DNA from: a virus
Taxonomy: Duplodnaviria; Caudoviricetes
Virus record (IMG/VR): IMGVR_UViG_3300024344_000046
Coordinates: 1-38,998 of that record
Direction: 5' to 3' (one strand)
DNA length: 38,998 nt
Part shown: positions 27,201 through 38,300 of the stretch, piece after piece
Layout of the letters: every line of letters begins with the position of its first letter
How positions within the stretch are numbered: the stretch's first letter is position 1
Notes under the pieces: model-generated
What the model was told of the DNA's origin: nothing
What the model saw: only the letters and a program-made list of their open reading frames with translations
Databases searched by the model: none
Position numbers and translations under genes: made by a program

Positions 27201-28160
27201 ATTATAGCAGCCAGATAATCTATTTACATTTATGCATGATGTAGATGTTAAAGGGTAGTACTTGCAATCTTTAGTATCATAAAAAGTAAAGAATTGTTCG
27301 CCCGAAGTAATGGTGCTGCCAAAAGATGGGTTGTCTACAGTAATGGTTGGGTCACTTTCTTCGGAACCATTAGAGTCATAAACTGTATTAATGTTATTGG
27401 GCACTGCTGCACCAGCACTACCTGCATCTATGTCTAACTCGGCAGTAGCCTTGATAATTCTAAAAGTATTTGGAACAGTCCAGACTTTCCTAGATCTGTC
27501 ATATCTTAAGTCAAGAGGAGCAACAGGCCAAGTCTCCCTACTTTCTAGCATATTATCTATAAACTTGTCTTTAAGATTGCTAGATGTAAATGTCCCAGCC
27601 CTTGCGTCATTAACTGTATCTGCCTTGTTGGGAATAGGCTTGCCCTGCATATCATATCCCCAACCCTGAATAATCAGAGGGCCTCTAAGAGCCATAGGCC
27701 TTAAGTTAGTTGGAGTGGCTCCACCTAAATTAGGAATATTCTGACCGCTGGCCGAAGTCCCATTAAAAAGTATCGTCCCATCATAATGGTTGGTCGTATC
27801 AGAATAAGGAGCACTAAAAGTGAATGGATTCAATGTGCCAATATTTACCGTAGGTGGTGTGTACTCATTGATAGGAGGATCTACATGGTTTGTAAAAGTA
27901 GGCCTACACTCAGTTCCGGCACTATTTGGCATGACTGGTAACTTAGTTGATGATGTGCCTAACTGAAAAGGCGTCACTAATCCGTCCCAGCTAACTCCGC
28001 CCTGATTAACAAAGTTCCCGGACGCGGCAGACATTACCTCCTGCGCGCTAGCAGCTGCGGCAAAAGTCGCCTTAGCATCAGTATCAACCTGATGTATTTG
28101 CCCTAAAATTAAGGGCTTTGGAGCACTGCTATTTCTTCTTGAGCTGTCTTGATAACCCAT
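24207..28160 (-). CDS. Cys-rich repetitive tail-fibre-like protein (1317 aa)
   Basis: Non-repetitive N-terminal domain followed by two families of Thr/Gly/Val/Cys-rich beta-type repeats, located in the structural block. Confidence 0.7.
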   Translation of the reverse strand: MGYQDSSRRNSSAPKPLILGQIHQVDTDAKATFAAAASAQEVMSAASGNFVNQGGVSWDGLVTPFQLGTSSTKLPVMPNSAGTECRPTFTNHVDPPINEYTPPTVNIGTLNPFTFSAPYSDTTNHYDGTILFNGTSASGQNIPNLGGATPTNLRPMALRGPLIIQGWGYDMQGKPIPNKADTVNDARAGTFTSSNLKDKFIDNMLESRETWPVAPLDLRYDRSRKVWTVPNTFRIIKATAELDIDAGSAGAAVPNNINTVYDSNGSEESDPTITVDNPSFGSTITSGEQFFTFYDTKDCKYYPLTSTSCINVNRLSGCYNQSDEADTYVPYNSLQIGSGLKGVPYSRDAGCDGSGLKLETMHKFSGEYFTNIIPGLGLSVTDNGCGSFTISTESAEASCPTITGEGTVTVTKGAGCDFVVSGAPATDTITIVKATGCASVTGPAINGNERTYTVSGHRTAITGQGSITAVESGECGYIISGCEHTFSGQGGITVTSDGCDHVISGCQTTVSGQGDITVTTDGECGYIVSGCDPVVAGAGSNTVTVSTAGGCKTYTVSGCQDSFTGVGSVTVTSTAQGECKEYTISGCETSLSGQGNITVTPNGDCGYIVSGCTTELAGGDGINVTPSGECGYKIEFDGCRNTVASTDSCIIVNEQSVGDCSRFDLSLNTDCITSVAGAGDISVTNVGNVYTVSGCNPVIAGGTNVTVNESTSAGCKTYTVDASGCKPSFVAQGGVSITDVGDYCNQVVTISGCQDTFTQAGTVTITSSSNGDCKDYTISGCAPDIEGIAGISVTKAAGDCGKITISGNYIDGTAPQYKDTSYCDYTASTTSCTEIACLTLGEGLQLAGTTVSAPLLHVQGDWVSADCGGAAASEFDATKILFSDNLIATRSNCEWTIKALDQKISSTRNTAVTNCMAQGADVADTDFKKLAFTDNIGVAVAGCVATIKGLDQKVQSTETDNICGLTNVAEKDFSKLTFANNIGVSVDGCTATVKGLDQKVESTSTDNICGLTNVAETDFKKLTFSNNIGVEVADCVATVKGLDQKISSVPNAAVTNCIGDAAVGETDFKKLAFTDNIGVSVADCVATIKGLDQKVESTQTDNICGLTNVAETDFKKLTFSNNIGVEVADCVATVKGLDQKISSVPNAAVTNCIGDAAVGETDFKKLAFTDNIGVSVAGCVATVKGLDQKVQGIAGNCSSAQGPFDFTTLQFADGLKMTNVGCTTTIQKVLTVRDNGVRVGDDHSCELDFKCGLTVENPANGKVEIKLDPTNSDPAGDQTVQLVKDICCQGNGFDIKYTTLTFNSCGLLKSVAEGDAC
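24590..25460 (-). repeat. Six tandem 46-50 aa repeats (order A-B-B-A-B-A) including a near-identical 285-bp duplication
   Basis: Units follow 'DQK...C...DF.KL.F..NIGV.V..C.AT.KGL'. The string GCAACAGAAACTCCAATATTATCAGTGAACG occurs at 24631 and 24916. Confidence 0.9.
25740..27060 (-). repeat. Degenerate ~25-30 aa repeats 'G.G.I/VTV...G.C..Y.I/VSGC'
   Basis: Roughly 14-15 copies are visible in the translation, e.g. 'GQGDITVTTDGECGYIVSGC' and 'GQGNITVTPNGDCGYIVSGC'. Confidence 0.8.
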
Positions 28161-28165
28161 AGTAC

Positions 28166-30748
28166 CTAAGATCCCCTATTGTTCATAAATCTAGAGCGTT
28201 GGACATACATGTCCATAAATGCCATTTTTCTTCTCTGTTTAGCTTGCGTTACCCTATTCTTAGCGGCCTGTTTTATCCTTTCAGTATTGAGTTTAGATAG
28301 CCTTCCAAAGTTTGGAGTGAATGTGGTAAGTTCATAAGTGGTATTGATACCTCCTTCTCCTATATTAACTGCAACACTAGTTATGTTAGGTCCAAAAGAA
28401 CCAGTAGAAGATGTCAGAGGTATATAATAATAAAAATGCGACGTAAGTCCTAAAACCCAAGTATATTGTGTTAGGGCGAAGTTGTTGAAAGTGGTGTTGG
28501 TGGATCTAAGCTCTGATCCTATTCTGTGTTCTGGATAACCGGGCCAATTCACAGAGCCTCTCTCTCCCACTTGCATAAATGTTAACCCATCTTGGCTCTG
28601 GCTATTTGCCACAGTGGTCATAGCTGAGGAACCGCCATAGTTCCAAGGGGATAAATCATCATTAGGCTTCATGTTAACTGGACCCGGTGGACCTTGAAAT
28701 GCAAAAGGGCCGTATTTTGTGTAATTACTTCGCATAGGCACTTCAATATTTGTCGGATAATACCTTTTCTTAGCAAGACCAAATGCGACATCAGAACCAT
28801 TAAAGACAAACTTCTTTACTTTGGCTTGGAGGCCTGCAAGAAGTCTGCCTTCGGCTCTTCCTACAAGAATAGTCCCTGCATAGTCATCTCCAGTCCCAGC
28901 CTCTTGCGTTTTAGCCTCTACAGGTGAAGCTAGTGTAACTACAGTCTTAACTCCAGTTACAAAATTAGAGTCTGCGTTAGCCCTGACATATAAATAAGTT
29001 CCATCACTTATAACCTCTCCTGCCTGAACGAAACCTGTAGTCGCACTAAAGCGTGCTCCTCCTGATACCATAGCTGTATCGCTTGTAAATGGGTCCATAT
29101 AAACACTAGGCTTTGTTAATCCAAGCCAAGTTGATCCATCTTCAATCCAAGCCTCTCCAGCCGGAAGAGCAGAGTAATAGTTCTTCTTGGCCTCTGTGTT
29201 ATAGTAAGTCTCAGCATCTGTTTCTATAAGAACCTTTTTTCCATAATACTCGTTTGCAAAGCTTTGTATAAAAGTATGGACTTTATTTATATCAGACTGT
29301 AGAAGATTAGGATTTCCGGGAGGATTAAAATCAAAGCCTCCTCCGCCGGGCATATTGCCAAGACCATTATTAACCGCATCTGCTTCAACATCTGCAGCTG
29401 CAGCAACTGCCGCATCCTTAAATGGATTATTATAACCTCTTGTATAGAGCCATTGGCCTGTTGTGGTGCCATTATATCCATTGAAAGAAGTACAATAGGC
29501 TTTCCAGTCGTCTATTCCTTTTAGAGCTGCCCTCATTTCAATCTCATCCACATACACAAAGTTCGTACTGAGAGGAACACTTAAAGTTGTGTTGAGTTTT
29601 CTAAAGTCCATTCTCACATTAAAAATAGAGCCATACTCAGCTGGCACATTAGTGTTAGTCGTTGTGTATGTTATTGCATTTCCATCCTCATCCAGTCCCC
29701 ACCAAGGAACTATCGAGGTAGTGCTAAAAAAGGTCTGGTAGTTAGCACCTGTTGCTAATGAAGATGTCGGCTCATTTCTAAGTTCCCGACCAACATTCTT
29801 TGATATTACATTATCCCTAGTGTCTAAGAACTCTTGTATCCTACCCATAGTAGGCTGTTCGCGCCTTTGTTGAGTTTTTACCTTTATAACTTTTTGTTTT
29901 TGTTGTGTAATAAACATTTCTATATAGTAGTCACAGCCGGCATCTGCACAAACCTGAGATATTAACTCCATAACCGTCATAGAGTCTGCACCTAATCTGT
30001 AGATGGAAGGAGCAAAAGGAATATCATGTAGGTCTAAGAAATATCCTGTAAACCACCCATTCCCACCAAAGCTAGTCTTCAGAGTGCCCTCATAAGAGTC
30101 GGTAGTAGATTTAATTAAACCAAACTTAGCTCCTGCAGTATTGACTCCATTCCAGTCATGAGCCCTAAATGCTATGGCTCCATGTGGGCCAAAAGAAGGG
30201 TCTTTCTCTCCACTTAACATAGTGCCTGTAGCAAGCTTGACTAGTGACCAAGGAACCCCTTGATCGTTAAAGTCTGACTTTCCAAAACCATGCCCTTCAA
30301 GATATCCAAAGACATTAAGCACATTGTAAAGACCTCCTACACTACCATTGTTTTCATTAAGTATGAGTTGTGTATTTTGCAGTATGAATCTAGGATCAGA
30401 TATATTTACAGTATACTGGTTAAGTCCCGAAGTATCATCTCTCTTATTCCAGCTCTGAACAATTCCTGCAAATTCAAAATCTGCCACTCTAAAATAAACT
30501 GGAGCTCCTACAGCAGGCCTATATTTTTCGAAACCGGGATCTGCCTGCGTCCAAGTTGCTTGATGTCCCGGATAGTCATAATAGATCTTATCGCCCGGAC
30601 AAGGATCTTCTGTAAGCTCTACCGTCAAGTTCGTCTGTTGCTCATTCCACCCAACAGTGCAAGTGAAAGATTTTACACTACAGCCTAGAAATAGAGTCTG
30701 CTTGAAAGGCCCTACTATATTCTCTCCATAATCACAAACATTCGGCAT
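28166..30748 (-). CDS. Putative virion structural protein (tail hub/baseplate-like), 860 aa
   Basis: Beta-rich N-terminus ('F.GIVQSW...Y.V.I.DPR.IL') and position two genes after the tape-measure-like gene. The function is inferred from context. Confidence 0.5.
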   Translation of the reverse strand: MPNVCDYGENIVGPFKQTLFLGCSVKSFTCTVGWNEQQTNLTVELTEDPCPGDKIYYDYPGHQATWTQADPGFEKYRPAVGAPVYFRVADFEFAGIVQSWNKRDDTSGLNQYTVNISDPRFILQNTQLILNENNGSVGGLYNVLNVFGYLEGHGFGKSDFNDQGVPWSLVKLATGTMLSGEKDPSFGPHGAIAFRAHDWNGVNTAGAKFGLIKSTTDSYEGTLKTSFGGNGWFTGYFLDLHDIPFAPSIYRLGADSMTVMELISQVCADAGCDYYIEMFITQQKQKVIKVKTQQRREQPTMGRIQEFLDTRDNVISKNVGRELRNEPTSSLATGANYQTFFSTTSIVPWWGLDEDGNAITYTTTNTNVPAEYGSIFNVRMDFRKLNTTLSVPLSTNFVYVDEIEMRAALKGIDDWKAYCTSFNGYNGTTTGQWLYTRGYNNPFKDAAVAAAADVEADAVNNGLGNMPGGGGFDFNPPGNPNLLQSDINKVHTFIQSFANEYYGKKVLIETDAETYYNTEAKKNYYSALPAGEAWIEDGSTWLGLTKPSVYMDPFTSDTAMVSGGARFSATTGFVQAGEVISDGTYLYVRANADSNFVTGVKTVVTLASPVEAKTQEAGTGDDYAGTILVGRAEGRLLAGLQAKVKKFVFNGSDVAFGLAKKRYYPTNIEVPMRSNYTKYGPFAFQGPPGPVNMKPNDDLSPWNYGGSSAMTTVANSQSQDGLTFMQVGERGSVNWPGYPEHRIGSELRSTNTTFNNFALTQYTWVLGLTSHFYYYIPLTSSTGSFGPNITSVAVNIGEGGINTTYELTTFTPNFGRLSKLNTERIKQAAKNRVTQAKQRRKMAFMDMYVQRSRFMNNRGS

Positions 30749-30758
30749 ATATCAAATC

Positions 30759-32375
30759 CTAGCTAGATGGGCAAGAAGTATAGATCCAGCTACATTGCCT
30801 TGTATACTTCCCTGTTTTAACATCAAATGTCTCACTATCTGCAGTTCTAAATACCGTATTATCATTACCACTTATAGCTTCCTCTAGTTTATTCACAACA
30901 ACATCATATTGAGGAGAAGGGGAATTATCAAAATAATTATCTCCTGTTGCACATCCAGTGTATGGAGGCACCGCTGCAGAAATGCTCAAGTCCTGTGTAA
31001 ATGCAGTCTTAGTTCCTATGTCTTGGAGTAATGGGCCAGCAGCTCTTCCTAAGATCTTTATCTCTGCAAACACATCTGTAGGTCTTTTCTTAGTAACATT
31101 TATTGTTTCAGATATAACACCAGTAACGCAATGGTCTGGTCTATTATCAAACGAAACATTATAAGTAATAGTCCCCTCTTCTATATTATAGCCATATGAC
31201 TCAGAAATTGGCTTCTTATTGAAAGGAGTTCCTATAACTCCAGAAAAAGTTTCTGGTATAGCTCCACTATAAGCCATTGCTGCTCTAGTTGAGAATATAC
31301 CGTTGTCAAGACAGTATCTAGTATAAGTTCTAGCTATATCAAAAGCACCACTATCTGATAAAAGGGCAAAAGAGCCATCTCCTAGTTTATAAGTAGGATA
31401 GCCCTGAACAGTGCCATCCATAGTAACGCTTGTTATACCATCTTGGTTGGCTTTTTCTACATTCAAACTAAATGCATCATTGACCGGAAACTCGCCCAAA
31501 GGAACAAAGCCACTCTTGGGGCCGTCAGTGACTCCACTTGGTAGATTTGATATTCCAGCAGGAACTCCAGCAGAAACACTATTAGGCATTCCTGTTGCAA
31601 CAGCTATAAATGTATCATCAACTGACACAGATGCGGCTGTCTCATCTTGATTAACAGATCTTTCGGTTAAATATGTCCTATATCCATAATTCACATTAGT
31701 TCCTAAACTAAGCAAATTATTAACCTCTACATTTTGTAACTCTAAGGTAGCTACTCCAGTTATATAATTAATAGCATTTGTAAGGCCAGATATACACAAT
31801 GCTGAGCCATCACCGAGCTCTCCGGTAGATATTGTCTGGCCTACAGCACTAACTGACCTTGAGATTTCAAGTACTGGAGGAAACTCAACCCCATAAAATT
31901 TAGTCGGCTTTTTAACATAACTAAAAGAATAGTTTGTCTGTGCATCTTCAAGATTTAAACCTGTTCCTAAGTAATCTTGAGTTCCGCTTATGCTAGATGC
32001 TGCAAAGCCTAAAGATACGGAGTAGTTAGCTCTTTTTGTATAATAGTCAGGACTGGAAATACTGATAGAATTAACTAAAGGTCTTCCAGATATAACAGTG
32101 CCTGAACAACTCTCATCTCCTAGAAACTCAGCAATAAACTCTCTATAGTTACCTGTGAATGCAGAGTGTAGATCTTCTTGTGCTCTAAAAACCTCAAGAG
32201 CTCCTCCATCCCCTACCGCTTCAGGGATTAATGTTCCCTCAAGATTTATTGTATAAACACCGCCTATTATATTTCCGTTATTTTTAATAGCATAAGTTTC
32301 TCTCTCATAAGAGACATCTGGCGCAGGCTTGAACTGATAATCGCCATACGTTACATTTACTCCAGTTATTGCCAT
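30759..32375 (-). CDS. Putative virion structural protein (distal tail/baseplate-like), 538 aa
   Basis: Ser/Thr/Gly-rich, beta-strand-like ORF immediately downstream of the tape-measure-like gene. Confidence 0.5.
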   Translation of the reverse strand: MAITGVNVTYGDYQFKPAPDVSYERETYAIKNNGNIIGGVYTINLEGTLIPEAVGDGGALEVFRAQEDLHSAFTGNYREFIAEFLGDESCSGTVISGRPLVNSISISSPDYYTKRANYSVSLGFAASSISGTQDYLGTGLNLEDAQTNYSFSYVKKPTKFYGVEFPPVLEISRSVSAVGQTISTGELGDGSALCISGLTNAINYITGVATLELQNVEVNNLLSLGTNVNYGYRTYLTERSVNQDETAASVSVDDTFIAVATGMPNSVSAGVPAGISNLPSGVTDGPKSGFVPLGEFPVNDAFSLNVEKANQDGITSVTMDGTVQGYPTYKLGDGSFALLSDSGAFDIARTYTRYCLDNGIFSTRAAMAYSGAIPETFSGVIGTPFNKKPISESYGYNIEEGTITYNVSFDNRPDHCVTGVISETINVTKKRPTDVFAEIKILGRAAGPLLQDIGTKTAFTQDLSISAAVPPYTGCATGDNYFDNSPSPQYDVVVNKLEEAISGNDNTVFRTADSETFDVKTGKYTRQCSWIYTSCPSS

Positions 32376-32385
32376 TGTCTATTCC

Positions 32386-35300
32386 TTATCTGAATGATGG
32401 TTGTTGAGGAGCTGGACTTGGTGAGTCTAAGGTACTGTTAGTAGGTTGGGAAGAACCCATTCCCGGCATTTCTGCTACCTTAGCTGCAACAGCATCTGCC
32501 ACAACTGTCTTTATAGCTTCTAATATATTTCCTTGATCAAGCCTTACATCGACAGCTTGAATTTTCACTCCATCTTTAATCGAAGCAAATGCTGTGGTAA
32601 GAGAACTCATAGCAGTGACTGCTTCTGGGCCTACAATAGGTGCTTGCCCACCTGCCGCTGCAGGGTCAGTGTACTGCATTCCTCCAACAGAAGGGTTCTT
32701 GAAGAAATCGTCCGGGAGGTAATGGGACATCGACCCAATAGCACCTTCTGCTCTTACCCTTTGTTCTGGAGTCATTCCTCCAGCAGACGGATCAACATAG
32801 GAGCTTCCAGCTCTTCCCGGTGTCTTTCCTCCAGTTACATCAAACGGCTGCTTGCCAAAACCTCCAAATGGATCGGTAACTGGGTTTCCGAACTGGTCAA
32901 CTTGAGACATTGCTCCCTCAGTTCCCATGATCTGCCCTTGTGCTTTTTGGCCGGGCATCATACCAGTCTTTATATATTCTTGAACTTGGTCTTTTTTAAG
33001 CTTACCCGAGCGAAGCATATTTCTAGCTTGATTTATACGCTCTCTTTTTCCTAGTAATCTTTCCTGAGTATTTTGTAGAGTGGCCTTATCACTATATCTG
33101 CCCTGAGCCTCTTTTCCTTTGTCAGTCAAAGCGCCAGTCATGGGGTCTATTTGTCCAGACTTTAACTGTTGCTGTCTTCTAAACTCTATAGCTGTAGAAA
33201 CTTCTTGATTCGTAAGCCTACTACCTAGATAACTGTCTTTCTTCAATACATCAAAGCCAATTTTATCTGGATCGTAGCCCTTAAAGCTTCTTATCTTGCC
33301 TTGAGGAATCAAACCTTGAGCCTCATACGCAGCATTGCCCATCCTACGTTCTGCTTTTGATGCTCCTGCACCACTTGCATCAGTTAGCAATCCAGTTCCC
33401 TCAAACTCGCCAGCTTTTATAGCGTCCGCTAGTCTAAGCTTAGAGTTACTTATACCAAACCTTGACTCAACTCTACCTACAGGTCTTCCTCCAAGCTCTT
33501 TGTTAAGCCTAATCCTTCTTTCCATTTCAGTTTCATTTTCATTCGCTCTTCCTTTATAAGTAGATTTATACTGAGGTCCGGTATCGGCTAATTGAGAAGT
33601 AAGTTCTGGTTGGGCAAGCCTAGCTTCAGCTTCCGCTTTGTCCTTCTTCGCTTGTTCTAACATAGCTTTTCTTCTGCCTGATACGCTTGCGGCAAAAGTT
33701 GTTGTTCTATAAGTTTCAAGCTCACCAGTAGTTCCACCATCTTTATTTCTTAGGCGACCAGCTGCCTCTTCTCCAAATCCAGCAGCGCCTGTGAGAGAGA
33801 CAGTTGAGCCTTTTGCTTTCTCAATATAGGATCTATGAGTAGCCAGATCCTGCCGAAGTTTATCGGATAAGCCTTGTCCTTCAGGTCCAGCCGCTGAAAG
33901 TCTCTTAAATATGTCTTCATCACTGCCCTTGAGACTTATTCCTCTACTCTTTGCAAATTCAGAGACCTTGCCTCTAGTTTTATTAAGATTATCAAGATGG
34001 ATATCTGATGTGGCAATGTTCTGTAAGTGGTCTAGCTCCTCTAAGTCTAAAGAGGAAGCCGTTCCAGTATCCCGCATAGATTGTAGTTGACCACGCCTTT
34101 TGTCTCGCGAAGCTCTATCTCTATAAGCTGCTGTGTTAGCGTCTCCAGCAATAATTGTTGAGTCAGCTTGGGCTAATTTTTTCCTTGCCTCGTCTCTTTC
34201 TATCTTGTCTTTAGCTCTTTGCTCTATATCATGACGAACACGAACAGCTTCACTTGGACTTTTAGTCGGATCAAATTGTTCCTTAAGTTTTCCATCCTTG
34301 TCAGTAAAAGGATCTGGAAATGCGTCTGATGCAGCTTCCATAGCGAATGGGTCTACATTCTTAATTCCTTTTTCCGTTGATTCCTTGAACATTCCCTCAG
34401 TCTGTACTCCGAGATCCTTTAAGCTTTTCTTGACTGCCGCCGGTTCGATAGTGGGAGCTATCGGCAATGCAATAGCGTCATGAATAGCGGCACCAATAGC
34501 ACTTGCTTGAGAGCTTTTCCTCATCTTGCCGGGTTCAATATTCTGGAAGCCACCGCCACCTAGCCCTTTAAGCTTCTTTATTTTTTCTTTATCAAGCTCT
34601 GAGCCCTGAAGTGTTTTCATTACTTTTTTAAGTTCTTTAGGAGCAGGTTTTCTCACAGGGTCTATGGAGTTCTTCTCTATATCGTCCAATGTCACATTTG
34701 AAACGTCTACTATCAGCTCTTCTCTTGTTTTTGGTTTCCCGCGCGTTGGCCCAGCAACAGGGGCTGTCGTGAACAGATTTCCACTAGCAATAGACTCAGC
34801 ATCTCCTAAAGGCCTTCCTCCTCTTGTGGCCTTCAATCTTTCATTTTCTGCTTCTATGTTAGCCCTAGCTCTATCTTTAGCTGCCTTTCTATCTGCTTCG
34901 TATGCTTCTTCCTGAGCCTTAATAGCATCTTTCTGGGTGCTCGCAAGTTTGGCTCTAATGCCAAGTAATCTCTTTTCTTCTTTCTCTATGGCGTTAAAGT
35001 CGCTTGCACTCGTAACCAGATTCTTTAATTCATCAAGCCTTTCAAGTTCCCCAGATATTCCTGTGTCTATTTTATCTCTTACGTTTTGATCCGATAAATC
35101 AGCACCTGCAAAACTAGCACCAAAGTTACCGAATGCTGTAGTTCCTCTGTTGCCAGCCAAGGTGACTTCTCTGGCTGTTCCTCCACGAGCAAGCATATCA
35201 TTGACTTCTGTTCCCATGAATTCAGACACATCTCTCTTCTCGACACTGTCCGCTTTTCTAAGTTCTTCTGCAGAAAATGCTGCAAGCTGCATTTGGATTC

Positions 35301-38300
35301 TTAAATCATCAACAGCAGTATTCAGCCTATCCATCTCAGTAACGGCCTGCTTGCGAACTCTATCTTCCATAACATTCAGAGCATCTTTCTGCTGCTGACC
35401 TATTGCTGCCGCTTCGTCTTTCTTTCTATCTATAGCAGCTCCTTGATCTACTCCAGCAAAGAAGCCTTGTGCATTTATTCCTAATTGCCCCAGACCTTGT
35501 ATTGCTACTCCTCTTGCCTGAACTGACGCTTGTGTTTTGAGCTTGGCTATTTCTTCCTGAGTCTTGCCTCCCGCAGTCAATATAGGATCAAGCTGACCGC
35601 TGAGAAGTTTGCTCATCTGCCCAGTTGTTAATTCTCCGCCTGTTTCTAGCAACTCAACAGCACGGAAATCATCCCTAATCGCCTTTCTATCTTCAGCAGC
35701 ACCTTTGAAATCACCTCTGTTAATTTTCTCTTGAATTCCTTGGAGTCTTTCAAAAGTGCCTTTCAACGAGTCTTGCTCCGCAAGCTGTTTAGATTGCAAG
35801 TCTGCTATCTCTGATTCAATAGCTGCCAACCTTGTTGTGTCATCAGCTAAAGTACTTAAAGCTCCTGTTGTATCTTCGAGTGCTCCTTTAACTGTTGCTA
35901 ACTGACCGATAAGCTCTGTATTGGTTCCCTGTCCGGGCTGAGCAAGTTGAGCCTCTATGCGAGCTTTTTCTTGTTGTAAGCTTGTCTGTCTAGCCTGCAG
36001 TTCACCTACATTTGCTGTAGCTACTCCACCGGCTACGACCCTACCACCTATGCTAACTGCCTGACCTGTTTGTCTAGCTATACTTTGGTTTAAATCAGCC
36101 TGAGCTTCAGCTAGTCCGCCTTTTCTAGTTCCAGTTACTTCTCCAACTCTCTTATCTATGTCGTCTCGTTTTTTATCAAAATCTCTAAGCTTTAACTGCA
36201 CATCTCTTTGAAGCTTGGCAATATCCGCTGACCTTTGTGCAATCTCCCTTGCTGCGTCGAACTGAGCTGACAGCTGGTCAATTATTTCCTGTGTAGCTCC
36301 TCCAAACTGTTCTACTATATCTCCGGTATTACCAAGAGCAGCTCTAATAGCATCTATCCCGCCTTCTCCTTGTCGCGCTTGTGTTAGAGTAGCCTCCATC
36401 TGCTTCATGAATGCATCCAGCACTGGCCCTTCAGCACCAGCAGCTTGTGCTCTTTCTCTAATAGTGTCAAGCATCTGCTGATTCGTTCCTAACTGCCCAC
36501 CTCTAGCTGTAACATCTTCTGTAATAGCGTTTAGAGAGTCCTTCAATACATCAGGTAATGCTGCGGCAAAGCCCGGAACCCCTTCAAGTCCTTCCAGCGT
36601 GCCTGATGCTCCAGTCCCACCAACTGATTCTATCTCTGCAAATCCAGCCCTTATAGCGTCCGTAACTCCGCCTTGCTCAAGACCCTGTATGTCTAAGTTT
36701 TCAAAAGGATTGACAACCTCATCCAAACTAAAATCAGCTTCACCACTAAGCAGCGAACCTACTCTCTTTTCAGCATTAGAAACAAATACATCGAACGAGT
36801 TAAGAGTTTGCTCCATAGCGTTTGTTAGTTTTTGAAGTGCCGTTACCATGCCATCCATAGCTTTTCCACTGGCTTCCAGTAGATTATTCACAACAGCTTG
36901 AGATATTGACTGCTCAGTCAAAGCCACAGAGTTTGCCATAGCTTGCTGAGTTAATCTGTTAAATTGTCTCTGTACTCCTGAATAGGCTGGGCCTGCTCTT
37001 CCTAGTAAGCTATTTCCTGATGCCAGAGCCTGATTGAATGCATCTATGTCTCCAGACGCTGCAGCTTGTTGTACCCTTTTGATCGCTCCCGATAGAGCTG
37101 CCGCATCTTGTTTTCCAAGTGTTTCTAGAGCTCCTTGAGTTGCCGCAAACAGCTGGTTTCCAAGATCAATACGTATTGTTGCAGCCGCTTTCTTTCCAGC
37201 TTCTCCAAGCAGTCCTAAGTCAAGAGCCTTCTGTATTTCTGTAAAGTTCTTCTGTGCTTTCTTTGGATCACTGGTATCTATTTTACTTAAGAATGCTTGT
37301 AATTCTTCGATCTTACCTTTAGAATCATTAGAAGCAAGTATGATAGTATCTGTTACGCTTCCTAATACATTCGCTAATGCAGCGGCACTTTGTTCTGCTA
37401 TTTTAGGATCAAAATTCTTAAGGGCTTCTGCAAATCCTCTACCCTCTATGACAAGCTCGCCTGCTGCTACGTCTTGGTCTATCTCCCTTTGACTCTTTTC
37501 TTGACTATCAAACGTCATTCCAGCTCTAGACAAGAAGTCCATGATTGGATCTTTACTTCCTGCTCTTTGAAGCAATTCTCTCTGGGAGCCGCTTTCGATA
37601 GAGTCTACACCACCACCACCTCGAAACGCTCCTCCTGAGAAGAAGCTAAAAATGCTGCTGATGCCTTCACCCACTCGCATGAATTGTGCTCTTTCTGCGT
37701 CTCCTCCCATAAAACCAACGCCCCTTGCACTCTCAAAGTCGCCGCCCGCAGAGGAAAGCCTATTGAACATTTCAACATTCTTTCTATTGGCCTTGTCAAT
37801 ATCATCAGCGGTTACAAATGCATCATTAGCTAGTTTATGAAGAGCTTCTCCTGCTTCTTTTGATGCATCATTAAGACCAGCTATAGCGTCAAATCTTATT
37901 TTGTCAGCAGCCGCATTTGCTTGGCCTATAGCTTTACCAGCAAAAATACCTATTCCACCACCTATCGCTGCTCCTACTGGGCCACCGAGAATGAAACCTA
38001 ACGCAGCGCCCGCAGAACCTCCAGCAACACCTCCTTTAATTGCTCCTCGTTGTCTAGCTCCTTCAGCAGTTTCAAGCCTACTTCCTTTTATCTGTTGAGC
38101 ACCAATCGTTTCAAGGTTCTGTACTCCTGTAGCAAATTCAGAAATTGGACCGGCAAGAGCAACTCCAACTGCACCAGCTATGGCAGGACCAAGTGCAGCC
38201 ATTCCAAATCCAGTTCCTCTCATCGACATCCTGCCCAAACCTCTTAGCTTGCCGCCTCCCGTTACACTACCTCCTGCTCTTGACAACGAAGTTCCTAAAC

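Noticed and set aside
28155-28180. Readthrough or frameshift fusing the 860-aa and 1317-aa genes
   Set aside because: The frames differ, the downstream frame has a stop six codons before its ATG, and there is no clear slippery heptamer.
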